Positions 20,001-29,292 of a stretch of DNA of 64,000 nucleotides are shown in pieces. Within the stretch, counting starts at the first letter, position 1. Each line of letters starts with the position of its first letter. Position numbers and translations under genes: made by a program. The notes beneath the pieces were generated by a model. That model made no database searches, was not told the origin of the DNA, and worked only from the letters and a program-made list of their open reading frames with translations. Source of the DNA: an uncultured virus (IMG/VR IMGVR_UViG_3300025613_000003) (taxonomy: Duplodnaviria > Heunggongvirae > Uroviricota > Caudoviricetes); IMG/VR virus record IMGVR_UViG_3300025613_000003, one strand, 5' to 3'.

Positions 20001-21132
20001 GCTCCGGTTGGAAGAGATTCGAGAGGTTTATGCCGAAAAGATGGAGGCCGATAAACAGGGGTGGAATAACCGGTATCGGAACATTAAGAGCCGAATCGAT
20101 TTCTTCAGCGCCGGACGCATGATCGGGTATCCGTCCATGATGTATGAGCAGGATCAGAGCTGGTACAAGGGCGTTTGCCTTGGCGTTGAAATCAAGAACG
20201 AGATCAGCAACCCCTATGTGCCGAGCCAGATCAAGGTCAGGTTCGCGATTTCAAACAGCCTGAAGTCAATAAGCCTGCCCATGAGCAAGGTCATGGTGCT
20301 TGACACCATTGAGAAAATCACCAGGGATCGTATTGACTATTACGAGAGCGAAAGAGTTTTGGATGATTGGGACGAGATCTGTAGCGAAAGCAGCGGCGAC
20401 AGGGAGATACGCTACATCGTGACAGGAAATATCCTGCAAGGCATGGGCAAGACCGAGATAAAGGGAAAGCTCATCGACTACACCCTGAAAGAAGGCGGCA
20501 AGAAAAAAGGTATCCTGCTTCCCCAGGGCTGGGATCCGGTACAGGGCAAGGACGGACCACTCAAGGCCACGGTACCGATTATCAATGCCCTGAAGATTAT
20601 CAAGTCCATGCTGCCCGAGCGCATCATGACCACGACCGATCAGTTGTCGCTGATCAGAAAACGGGATTACGGCTATGACATATTGGTGCCGCTGAACAAG
20701 AGGATTGGAGGCAAGTTCTACCAGGACCCGGCCATAATGGAACTGGTTATTGACGGCGAATTCAACAAGGTCGGCTCCAACATGAAGGCGACCCTGAAAG
20801 ATGGCAAAATCGAACAGCTTGTCGGAATCTTACAGCAAAAGTTCAACTGCGCGGTTCTGCTCAATAAGAACGAGTTGAACCAAATTGATTCCGGCCCGAG
20901 CAGTTACAAAGATGAGGAAACCAAGGAGCCTATCGGAGCCGCATTTGAGGCCGAGGCCAAAAAACGACAGCAGCGTGACGAGATCGATGCCGAAAGAATG
21001 GAGGAGGAAAAGATTGCCGAGCATCGCCGCAGCCGCCACCTCGTAACCGAACGCAAACTTGCCACAGCGAACCTTACCCGCAAATTGGTTGTGGCCGCAA
21101 TGAAAAACGGGGCAAAAGCATCTGACTTTTAA
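17086..21132 (+). CDS. Strawberry-notch-family SF2 helicase (DarB-like)
   Basis: IGDQTGIGKGRQ (Walker A), LDESHNA, SAT, QKRGRINRTGQ. Confidence 0.88.
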   Translation: METQDKVQVQNADIGTNQYEPISDICRSLDTVVPAAMRYELHRAMATIDRRVNDVDEYVAQKLGYIMGACGMDEREYGLKCLCDAFGAEQVDGIAAAIYNIEQRGQAVIIGDQTGIGKGRQAAGVIRYAMRMGKQPIFITEKPNLFSDILRDLIEIGSDDAIPMKFMEGYKEVKKTGDEGDDDGDGDDEEDDQDEVNTTLIKKEVYRPNPAYDKQIRGRKMVKPFILNSGIKASAKDENGNIIYESAPATVRNNAIENRTIPKQYGCVFATYSQFRGAIVTEKMQWLLAVAKDNIIILDESHNASGASNTGAFLAEVLKGTQGVVFLSATFAKRPDNMPIYATKTAIQDANMTSTALISAIERGGTALQEILSAQLVNEGQMIRRERSFEGIEVNYVYMDKSQDDGDKPYLNLEDEQKAVFDMATAVIRDIIDFQKNYVRPAVAAMNDDLRGRQGEAGITKGTESAGVSMPPEFSGVFNIINQLLFSVKADGVAQLIIDRLRQGKSVICAFANTMESFLDNMEHEDGTGVEVGDKINADFSVVLRKRLDGVLRYTVKIPGQDNEQERIDPVTLPGDGYDVYKSIMAKISQMSVGITMSPIDYVVEKIERAGFRVGEVTGRKNRVKFSADFSQATMQRRDQITATDAFRKFNDNELDVLMINQSGSTGSSAQAKATKRVPADKVRQRCMVILQAELNINTEVQKRGRINRTGQILKPIYDYAISAVPAEMRLMMMLQKKLKSLDANTTSNQKQSRKVLDTVDFLNKYGDDLTVEYLVENQDIIRLIGDPLKMLNENGGLVDLGSVDKTDAAHRVSGRVAILPIEDQERFYREMTDRYLSQVEYLKEIGEYDLEVEYYNLEAETIERQVIVQGKPGATTAFGRNTVLEKCWCNNLRKPFVAKDLRAIIDRYLGGRSAEDVASQQIQKMKTFMEEQAKMNFNDLIARRDEEEKKVVNEKSYRNLKTDAEKEKYLKLRLEEIREVYAEKMEADKQGWNNRYRNIKSRIDFFSAGRMIGYPSMMYEQDQSWYKGVCLGVEIKNEISNPYVPSQIKVRFAISNSLKSISLPMSKVMVLDTIEKITRDRIDYYESERVLDDWDEICSESSGDREIRYIVTGNILQGMGKTEIKGKLIDYTLKEGGKKKGILLPQGWDPVQGKDGPLKATVPIINALKIIKSMLPERIMTTTDQLSLIRKRDYGYDILVPLNKRIGGKFYQDPAIMELVIDGEFNKVGSNMKATLKDGKIEQLVGILQQKFNCAVLLNKNELNQIDSGPSSYKDEETKEPIGAAFEAEAKKRQQRDEIDAERMEEEKIAEHRRSRHLVTERKLATANLTRKLVVAAMKNGAKASDF

Positions 21133-21134
21133 GC

Positions 21135-24100
21135 ATGACACCGGAAATCACCGACCTGGTAAATGCGCGGCTTAAAAGAGCGCAGCAATCCAAGGAATTC
21201 AAGGACACGGAGCAGCGTGCCTTTGGAACCCGGAAGGAGATGGCGGCGCTGAAGATGATTCGCCTCAGTGACTTGTCCGCACTTGAGGAGAACCCGGATC
21301 TTGCCGCAGAACTGGTAAAGAAGGATAAGGTCTGGCCAAAATACAGCCTTGACCAAGACATTGACCGGGGCGCAAGTGGCGGCACCGCCTATCTGAAGTA
21401 CCGGATGAGAAATGTTTACCCGGTCGCCAGTGAAAACTCCGCCCTTGCGCGTATGATCTATGTCGGCTTGGCCGATATGCTGTACCGTGACTTTGTCGAG
21501 GCCACCACACTTAATCAGATAGCGAAATCGCTAACCAAATACAAAAGTGATTTCCTGATTTACAGGGTTGCTGAAATCATCGCAGACGATGAGCAGCGGC
21601 AGCGACTTGGCGAAGAACAAAACCACTTCATCTCCACCAAAGACGGACAGGAGCGTTATGGCCTGGACCGGGACGTTCTGCTTGAGAACAGCGAATTATA
21701 CCGGGTGCTTAACCCGTTCGGAAAGCGGAAGATGACGGTTCGTGGCTATGAGCGGAGCGGCGACAAACTATTCGATTTCGTATTTGATAATGTCGGAATA
21801 ATCTGGCTGATTGAAAACGATATTTTCAGCAAGCGATCAGTTACGGCGTGGCATAAGTTTGTGCATTCCGCCATTGACGAGGCCACGGTTTATGAACCTT
21901 TGTCAAAGGAGGATAGCGATAAGAAACTGTTTTGGTTCAGAAAAGCGGTAACAGATTTTGAGGATCAAAGCAAGAAAATGACGGAGTATTGGCTCAGATT
22001 TAAAGACACGGATCGGAGCCGCCACCAGGAACTTTACGAAATCATTGACCAAGTTGAAAAAAACATTGAGCGCGTAACCGGCATCGGGTTTTGGATCAGG
22101 AGCGAAAACAAGCATATTTACCTTACGCAACTAAAGGAAAAGTACCGAACCAACATCGCGGTCCTTACGGATTGGCTCAGTCAAGCCGAGGCGTATTTGA
22201 AGGAAAGGCTTGAAAAAAATAAGAAGGAACTTACCAATCAGGAAAAACTTTTTCTGCCCCACGGCAATGTCTATACCTGGCACCCGAGCCACAAGCCAGA
22301 ATCAGAGGAACAAAAGGATAAGGAGAAGGACGAAGAAACCGGAACAGCGTTAGAGATCAACCGCGGCGTTCCGCTGCAATACATTAAGCGCATTGGCGGC
22401 TACGTGGTAAAAGACGAGGATGTTCAAGTCGATACCATTGTGAATCGGTACGGATTCAAGTCCGTGACCTTGGGCAACTACGTCAAGGATAACGAAGCCC
22501 GAGAGCATATACGCCACTTCCTGGGAGCCATCAGCGACCTTGGCGAGGTCTTGAACATGGACATTCGCCATCTCAACAGCATACACCAGCGAAGCCCACT
22601 CCAGGGCTTATCAATGTGGTTTGGTGCCGGAGGCCGTGGCGGTAAAGCCTCAGCTTTTTACATGTCCAGTAGTTGCGTAATCAACATAACCAAAACCAAG
22701 GGTGACGGCACGGTAGCGCACGAATACGCCCACTATCTCGATAACGCAGTTTATACCGCATTGCAGGACGGCGGATACGACATTCAGAACGCAAACCGAT
22801 CCATGATGAGTACGGTTCGGCAGTCGGGCGAGAAAAGGAGTAAGACCGGAATCTATAACAGCGAAGGCGCACGCTATTACATTGCGAACAGGCCGCAGCC
22901 GTTTATTGACCTGATGAACTTTATCTACGGCTTGCAAATACCATCATGGTTGCGCCTAAGCCAAGCCGAACTCTTGGAAAGGCGACAAAAAGAAGGTAAA
23001 GCCGTGGGCAAGCTCAGGGTCATGCGCGGAAGCGCAAAGTCATGGCGATTGCCTGAGCCGTCACCAGGGCAAAACATCGAGGAATACCTTAAACAAGTCG
23101 AGGTTCGATTCGGATCCATGACAAGGTTGTCCGATCTTTCCGGCAAGAACATGGACGTGCTGACTTGGATAGTGAATAAGTTTAATTTGCCCTATTACGA
23201 TTTCAGTACCACCAGCATGGGAAGTAATTTCTTCATGCACAGTCAGGCCATGACATCAAAGTATTGGAGTACGGCATGGGAGCTGTTTGCCAGAGGATTT
23301 GAATGCTACGTCTATGATTGGCTTGCCAAGAACGGCAGGGTCAACAACTACCTGGTAAGCGGAGCTAATTTCGACCACCCCGCCAGAGTTTATCCATACG
23401 GAACCGAGCGCGAAATCCTGTACTATCTCTACGACAACGTGGTGAAATACATAAAATCCGCGTTGAACATCCCCGACTTTCAACCCGTTCACGGCGAAAG
23501 GCAGGATGATTACGCCTCCTTGGAGCAGGGCCAGCAGCAACAAATTGGGGTCAGTATCAGCACGTCAGAACAGGGCGTAACCGAACGGGTTTCGGTTAGC
23601 TATAAGTTGGAGAAACTGATGCAGATTCTTGAACCCGAATTGGCACAGCCCAATCAACTAAGCCCGGAGGAGATGTTGCAGGAGCTACGGCAAGTGTATG
23701 AAACCGCTGTATATGTTCCCAATCTTCAGGCCGCGGCGGCACTTGGTATCAAACCCGAGGCTTATGAAAGCGGTCACCACTACTTCGTAAAGAATAACCA
23801 TACACATAATGTGCTGACAGAATCGGAATTAGTCGATGCCTATCAAAAATATGCTGCGGAAATGACGTTGCCGGTTATGACCGAGGATGTTGCGAAGTTG
23901 ACCACGTTCATAGAAAAACTCAACACCGGCAGCACAGCAAACGGTTACGACATCGCCATTGAATACGTTACATTTGAGCAGGCCGTTAAGGAAAAGGGCT
24001 TTAAGGCAAGGCATTGGCCAAAACAGTTGGGCGTAGTCGTATTCAGTTATGAATACGGCGGCGAACGCAGAACCGAATTTGTAAAGGGTACGGTCAATGC

Positions 24101-24170
24101 CACACGCGATCATTATTATGAAGTAAGGGAGAAAATAGAACTTTGGCGAAGACGACAACAGCAATCATAA
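21135..24170 (+). CDS. Large polyvalent protein (zincin-like metallopeptidase plus LPD1-like domain)
   Basis: AHEYAHYLD; YWSTAWELFARGFECYV...YP.G.ER. Confidence 0.8.
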   Translation: MTPEITDLVNARLKRAQQSKEFKDTEQRAFGTRKEMAALKMIRLSDLSALEENPDLAAELVKKDKVWPKYSLDQDIDRGASGGTAYLKYRMRNVYPVASENSALARMIYVGLADMLYRDFVEATTLNQIAKSLTKYKSDFLIYRVAEIIADDEQRQRLGEEQNHFISTKDGQERYGLDRDVLLENSELYRVLNPFGKRKMTVRGYERSGDKLFDFVFDNVGIIWLIENDIFSKRSVTAWHKFVHSAIDEATVYEPLSKEDSDKKLFWFRKAVTDFEDQSKKMTEYWLRFKDTDRSRHQELYEIIDQVEKNIERVTGIGFWIRSENKHIYLTQLKEKYRTNIAVLTDWLSQAEAYLKERLEKNKKELTNQEKLFLPHGNVYTWHPSHKPESEEQKDKEKDEETGTALEINRGVPLQYIKRIGGYVVKDEDVQVDTIVNRYGFKSVTLGNYVKDNEAREHIRHFLGAISDLGEVLNMDIRHLNSIHQRSPLQGLSMWFGAGGRGGKASAFYMSSSCVINITKTKGDGTVAHEYAHYLDNAVYTALQDGGYDIQNANRSMMSTVRQSGEKRSKTGIYNSEGARYYIANRPQPFIDLMNFIYGLQIPSWLRLSQAELLERRQKEGKAVGKLRVMRGSAKSWRLPEPSPGQNIEEYLKQVEVRFGSMTRLSDLSGKNMDVLTWIVNKFNLPYYDFSTTSMGSNFFMHSQAMTSKYWSTAWELFARGFECYVYDWLAKNGRVNNYLVSGANFDHPARVYPYGTEREILYYLYDNVVKYIKSALNIPDFQPVHGERQDDYASLEQGQQQQIGVSISTSEQGVTERVSVSYKLEKLMQILEPELAQPNQLSPEEMLQELRQVYETAVYVPNLQAAAALGIKPEAYESGHHYFVKNNHTHNVLTESELVDAYQKYAAEMTLPVMTEDVAKLTTFIEKLNTGSTANGYDIAIEYVTFEQAVKEKGFKARHWPKQLGVVVFSYEYGGERRTEFVKGTVNATRDHYYEVREKIELWRRRQQQS

Positions 24171-24178
24171 CCATAGCG

Positions 24179-25999
24179 ATGAAAACCTACACCTATCATA
24201 TCAACTTAGATGAGCGTGGCGAGTTCTTTGCCGATGTTCGTGACCAGGACGACAACACCGTGTATGAAATACACTTGCCCGATAGCGATGGCGGATCCGG
24301 CATCATCGGCGATGGCTTTATGAAACACGAAAGGGATGTGGCGGGACTGGAACGCTATCTCAAACAAATCGGCATCATGCAAAACCACGACACGCTTGAG
24401 CCGGATCAGGACAACAACGACAACAACTACATGGAAAACGGAGGAAATGTTGAGGAAACCCCATACTATATGGAGGTTGCCAATGTTATTGCACAGCAAC
24501 TTGGCGGCACCCGCCGCATGGCGTTATTGACCGGGGCGCACAATTTTGTTGCCGGTAAAGACGAAGGAACCGGGAACCCTTACCTGAGCTTCAAGATCAA
24601 GAACAATCCGGGAAAACCCAATTATGTCAAGATCAGCCTGAACAGTCTTGACTACTACGAATTGGAGTTCGGCGTTGTTTCGGGAGCCAATTACACCGTC
24701 ACAAGTGAGATTGGCGCACCCGGAGTTGATGCCGAAGATCTTTTGCGTTTTGTCGAAGACGGCACCGGAATGTATTTTAGCCTATTCGAGGACGGCGGCG
24801 AAATCGTCAGTCCGGCGGCATGGATCAGGGCCTTGAATTTGGAGGCGATGACGCCGGAAGCGGCTCAGTACATGCGGGATGAGGTATTGACTGATCCCGG
24901 CCTTGATCAGTTGGGTGCGGACGATCAGTTCTTTCAAAAGTTTGTGGCCTACATTCAAAAGAATGCGCCACAAGCGATTGGTAAGCCTGGACAGGGCGGC
25001 GGCGACAAGGCTCCGGCTAAGAAAATTCTCGAAGCCCGACTGAAGCTGATCGAGAAAATGATTGCGGCAAATCCCGGTAACGTGGTGCTGAAAACAAGGA
25101 AGAAGCTGGTGATGAAAATGATTTCGGGAACAGCCATGGCGAAAGGCGGGGAGGTTGAACCCGGCCATGGCCGGACCTATATCGTGTACGAACACAACGA
25201 ACCGATTTTCTCAGGACCGGAGCCGGACTTCATCGATTTCGTTTCAGCCCTGTATGGATACGAGGCCATGGACAACGACCAGTCCACAACGGATATGATG
25301 TTGGAGGATGCGGTTTCTGCCATAGTCGGAACCGATGCGGCACAGGGTCTTGACCTGGTGATTACATCGGCATCAAATCCTGCTGTTTATGACTACTGCG
25401 GCCAGAAGATGACAGCGGATCAGATCGAGAATATTCGACCCGCCGTGAACAAGCATTCGCTTTCTCAACTACAAAACGTTGGCGACAGCATTGACCTTGT
25501 TGACAGCCCGGGAATGATTATACGCCGGATCCCATCACAAGTCGAAGAATCGGTATCGGAGCCGTTTAAAAGAGGCGGGAGAATAAAATCCGCGCTCATG
25601 CGTGACCGAGCCTACAAATCAAATCAGCCGCACGAGCTTCGGTACAAGCGGGTTCGCAGCCCGAAAAACCCAAGGTACAAAATGGCTGATGGCGGAGAGG
25701 TTGCGGACTTAGAGCGAGAACTTCACAGGCTGCAGCGAGAACTTAATTCATCTCGACTAAATAAATATATTGAAGGAGATGAAAGCGATGAAGAAAAATT
25801 GCGTTTGGCTGAAAGGGAAAAAAAACTAGCAAGATTTAACGAAGTGCTGACACGGCTAAGGACAATAAGTCCGTCATTTAGTGGTGGCGGTCGTTTGAAA
25901 TCTGCTTTGATGCGCGACCGCGCCTACAAATCAGATGAGCCGCACGAACTTCGTTACAACCGGGTTCGTAGTCCAAAGAATCCACGGTACAATCGGTAA
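24179..25999 (+). CDS. Modular polyvalent protein with [MF]xxGG linkers
   Basis: MENGG, FEDGG, MAKGG, FKRGG, MADGG, FSGGG separate distinct modules; duplicated basic C-terminal module. Confidence 0.75.
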   Translation: MKTYTYHINLDERGEFFADVRDQDDNTVYEIHLPDSDGGSGIIGDGFMKHERDVAGLERYLKQIGIMQNHDTLEPDQDNNDNNYMENGGNVEETPYYMEVANVIAQQLGGTRRMALLTGAHNFVAGKDEGTGNPYLSFKIKNNPGKPNYVKISLNSLDYYELEFGVVSGANYTVTSEIGAPGVDAEDLLRFVEDGTGMYFSLFEDGGEIVSPAAWIRALNLEAMTPEAAQYMRDEVLTDPGLDQLGADDQFFQKFVAYIQKNAPQAIGKPGQGGGDKAPAKKILEARLKLIEKMIAANPGNVVLKTRKKLVMKMISGTAMAKGGEVEPGHGRTYIVYEHNEPIFSGPEPDFIDFVSALYGYEAMDNDQSTTDMMLEDAVSAIVGTDAAQGLDLVITSASNPAVYDYCGQKMTADQIENIRPAVNKHSLSQLQNVGDSIDLVDSPGMIIRRIPSQVEESVSEPFKRGGRIKSALMRDRAYKSNQPHELRYKRVRSPKNPRYKMADGGEVADLERELHRLQRELNSSRLNKYIEGDESDEEKLRLAEREKKLARFNEVLTRLRTISPSFSGGGRLKSALMRDRAYKSDEPHELRYNRVRSPKNPRYNR

Positions 26000-26038
26000 C
26001 ACCATATCAAAACCAACACTAATTCAACAACTAAGCCC

Positions 26039-26659
26039 ATGCGTTCAAAAGCAGAAATACAAGCAGAGATTGACGAGTTCAGCGCATTGCTGAAAGACGA
26101 TTCCGTACCGAAGGACGAAAAGGACTTCGCAACCCAAACCATTGCGGAACTGAAAGCCGAATTGGCTGAAGCCGAAAAGGGAGCCGCGGCAAAGGCGGAA
26201 GGCGGTAAAAAGCCGGAATCCGATTCCGGCAAGAAGCGCGGTCGTCCCGCCAAGCCGGAGGGGGAGAAGAAGAAACGCGTCCGTAAGCCGTCAAAGCCCA
26301 AGGCGAAGGACGAGAACGAACCCAGTTGCGAGGAGCTGTTGAAGAAGTTTCACGACCGCCGGGAGCAGGCGAAAAAGAGCCAGCGCCGCAGCCGTACCCA
26401 AAGCGTATTCGCCAAGGTTGCGGATCGGGTGGAATCAGCCGTGAACGCCGCGATCAAGAGCGTAGCCGCATCAGACATCAAAGAAAACCCGAAGAAGTAC
26501 ATCAAACTCATTGAGGACCTTCAGGACAACATGGAGAAGTTTCTCCAGAGCATGAAGGGCATCCTCGGTGATGAATACGATGCTCAGGAGTGGAAGGACG
26601 CGAGTAAGCACATACGTGAACTTGTGGACAAACTCAAGAAGAAGTACGAGGGCAAGTGA
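26039..26659 (+). CDS. Lys/Glu-rich protein with AT-hook-like motif
   Basis: KKRGRPAK; coiled-coil composition. Confidence 0.7.
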   Translation: MRSKAEIQAEIDEFSALLKDDSVPKDEKDFATQTIAELKAELAEAEKGAAAKAEGGKKPESDSGKKRGRPAKPEGEKKKRVRKPSKPKAKDENEPSCEELLKKFHDRREQAKKSQRRSRTQSVFAKVADRVESAVNAAIKSVAASDIKENPKKYIKLIEDLQDNMEKFLQSMKGILGDEYDAQEWKDASKHIRELVDKLKKKYEGK

Positions 26660-26716
26660 TGTTGACCAGGGCCAACTGACCCGGCTGTCCGGGAACCCCG
26701 TTGAAACCGCAAGGCC

Positions 26717-27262
26717 ATGACCTTGCGGTTTCAAGCCCTGAAATCGTACCTTCGTCAAAACCAATCAAAACCGCAGGATATGATTGCCCACAGCCTACAA
26801 CTACCGCCGGAAACCGACCTGGCCGACATTGCCTATCCGCACCTGATCTGGATCAGCGACAATCCCGAATCGAAAGAAACCGAGTTCCCGGACGAGGTCA
26901 AGAAACTGATTCGGAGCTGGAAGCTCGCCCTTGGCAACTACAGAAAGGCACCGAGCCAGGACTATCACGAACGCCTCACCCGCGACAGCATCAGGATCGC
27001 GGACTTGTTGCAGGACTGGTCGGAGCAGGATCTTCCACCCGACCCCAATACCCAGACGCCGCCACAGCAGCAAAGCCAAACCCCGCCTCCGGCAGTAACG
27101 GATCAAAAGGAATTGGCGGTGCTTGAAATCATCAACCGTGACGGCAGAATCCACAGAGATCAACTCCGAGCCATCCTCGGCCACCTCCCCAGCGGTCGCA
27201 TCAGCGTAGGCGCAACCGTACTGGATCAGAGCTGGTTGGTTTGGTATAAGCCAATACGATAA
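26717..27262 (+). CDS. Hypothetical protein
   Basis: 181-aa ATG ORF. Confidence 0.65.
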   Translation: MTLRFQALKSYLRQNQSKPQDMIAHSLQLPPETDLADIAYPHLIWISDNPESKETEFPDEVKKLIRSWKLALGNYRKAPSQDYHERLTRDSIRIADLLQDWSEQDLPPDPNTQTPPQQQSQTPPPAVTDQKELAVLEIINRDGRIHRDQLRAILGHLPSGRISVGATVLDQSWLVWYKPIR

Positions 27263-27263
27263 C

Positions 27264-27452
27264 ATGACCCCCGCCCAGGCACTGCACTTGCCCAACCCCC
27301 GAAACGAAAACATTCAATGGATGTTGATTGGCCTCACCATGACGGTGAGCATAATCACAGTCATTGCCATGGTGCATCAGATCAAGGTGAATCGACTGCA
27401 GCATGAGAAACTCATGACCGAGCGGAAAAACGGGAAAAACGGCGGCGGCTAA
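27264..27452 (+). CDS. Small single-TM protein
   Basis: WMLIGLTMTVSIITVIAMV. Confidence 0.55.
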   Translation: MTPAQALHLPNPRNENIQWMLIGLTMTVSIITVIAMVHQIKVNRLQHEKLMTERKNGKNGGG

Positions 27453-27505
27453 GTCCTGGCCGGAGATAGCGTGTGTTTCTACGCTTTATTGGTTGTGTTT
27501 CATGG

Positions 27506-27534
27506 CCGGTGCGGGAATCCGCACCGGTTTTTTT
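27506..27534 (+). terminator. Intrinsic terminator
   Basis: ccggtgcgg-gaat-ccgcaccgg followed by T7. Confidence 0.8.
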
Positions 27535-27629
27535 ACACATACGCCCCGGAAAAACAATAAAACCGGACACGGCGATATGAATTTGATTTTTGAGTAGTTT
27601 CGCATCAGGCATGAGAAAATCTGTTTTTA

Positions 27630-28064
27630 ATGGTTAATCCCGATCTTCCAAGTCTGTTCCGGCACATGGCCATGGTCGAGGCCAAGATGGGACGAAACGA
27701 GTTCTGGGGCAGGATCTACGAAGCCTTGGAGCGGGTTTCAGGCATTGACCACATCGGAATCGATCACGGCATCACCGCCATGGCGTCCGAACTTCAGGTC
27801 AAGCGCGATCACTTGTTCTACGCCAAGCAGGACCGGGCCGCAACCTACGCAAGGAAGGTGGTTTGGTGCGTTCTGAGCGATCACTACAACCTCGACTACA
27901 AAGAGATTGCCATAATTTTCGGCTTCAACAAATCCGGGGTCAAGCGCGTACTGGACGATTACGCCCGGATGAAATCGGACGGGAGATTGGCACAGGATCG
28001 GGAGTTCATAACCGCCGTTGATCGGGTGGTAAACAGAGTTTTTCCAGATAAAGACAAGGCATGA
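27630..28064 (+). CDS. HTH protein resembling the DnaA C-terminal domain
   Basis: ARKVVWCVL...YKEIAIIFG..KSGV. Confidence 0.5.
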   Translation: MVNPDLPSLFRHMAMVEAKMGRNEFWGRIYEALERVSGIDHIGIDHGITAMASELQVKRDHLFYAKQDRAATYARKVVWCVLSDHYNLDYKEIAIIFGFNKSGVKRVLDDYARMKSDGRLAQDREFITAVDRVVNRVFPDKDKA

Positions 28065-29290
28065 CCTATTTCAACTACGATCCGGGCCGTGGCCTGGACG
28101 GCGAGGAGCGCAAACAACTTGACCGTATTCAGCACATCCTGGCCAAGGCGCAGGCTCAGGGCTGGAACGACATTGTCGAGGCCGCGGCATCGGCCAAGGG
28201 TATCAATAACCGGACCCGGCTGAAGGACTTTTACCGAAAGGTATCGGCCATGGCTAAGGCCCGAGGCGATGTCCCGAACTTCAACCCCAACCCTAAACCA
28301 AATCCCAAACCAGCTATGGCGGATCAAGGCCACGACAACAAGGAGGTATTGGATCCCGTGCTTCAGGCACCACCGGTACGGCGTGAATACACGCAGAACA
28401 CAAGCGCTTCCGGCCACGGCCAGGCCACGACACAGCCAATACCAGAGGCCAGCTTCGGACACCGCCCCGCCCCGGCCCCCGAACCCGGACCGGGATCAGC
28501 AGCGCCGGGATCGGCACCGGACTTTGGCGGCGGCGGCTTGCCGCCACGGGAGCAGCAGGAAAACGCGGAGAAGTTGGCTAAGGTCCTGATCGATCTCTAT
28601 TGCGATAAAGTGCCGCAGCTTGCGGCGTGGCCGATCCGAACCCCGGAGAGCAAGATCACGCAACTGCATCGCAGCGGCGAAATCGACATGAATACCGAGA
28701 TGGCGGTACCGGCAGGAGCCGGAACCGTTTCCATGACCTTTGGAGAATACCTTCGCATACTACCGGAGCAAATCAAGGCCGCGGTGACGCCGGATGAGCA
28801 ATGGAAAGCGGGGGTATTTGAAAACCTCGTGATCGTGTTGAAGAAAAAGGGTGCCGGCATCACGCCGGAGCAAACCCTTATGCTCATGGTGGGTCAACAC
28901 CTGGTCGGTACCGCCCTGGCGGTATTGTCGGTGCGTGGCGACATCGAGCGCATGATGAAGGATATGCGGGAATTCAGTAAGGGAGCGGGATCGAATCGGA
29001 GTACGCCACCGCCACCGCCACCACCACCACCGCCGGGACAAGATGGCGGCGGCGGCGATGGCGACTTACCCCTTACCCCTGCCGAGGAAGTGAGAGAGGG
29101 TGGAGCCGGGATAGTGTTTGAGCAACCCCTTCATGACGGCGGCGTTGACGCCGGACACGGCGGATTCAACCCAGTCGAAATCAACCCCGCCATGGCCGGT
29201 GCGGCACCGGCACCGGATCTGATTGAGCAGCCCCCGGCCAATGCGGTTCTTCCCGACAATGACTTTAGTCCGAACCTTGGAAGCAACTGA
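28061..29290 (+). CDS. Pro-rich membrane-associated protein adjacent to packaging ATPase
   Basis: TPEQTLMLMVG...hydrophobic segment; poly-Pro tracts. Confidence 0.65.
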   Translation: MTYFNYDPGRGLDGEERKQLDRIQHILAKAQAQGWNDIVEAAASAKGINNRTRLKDFYRKVSAMAKARGDVPNFNPNPKPNPKPAMADQGHDNKEVLDPVLQAPPVRREYTQNTSASGHGQATTQPIPEASFGHRPAPAPEPGPGSAAPGSAPDFGGGGLPPREQQENAEKLAKVLIDLYCDKVPQLAAWPIRTPESKITQLHRSGEIDMNTEMAVPAGAGTVSMTFGEYLRILPEQIKAAVTPDEQWKAGVFENLVIVLKKKGAGITPEQTLMLMVGQHLVGTALAVLSVRGDIERMMKDMREFSKGAGSNRSTPPPPPPPPPPGQDGGGGDGDLPLTPAEEVREGGAGIVFEQPLHDGGVDAGHGGFNPVEINPAMAGAAPAPDLIEQPPANAVLPDNDFSPNLGSN

Positions 29291-29292
29291 CG

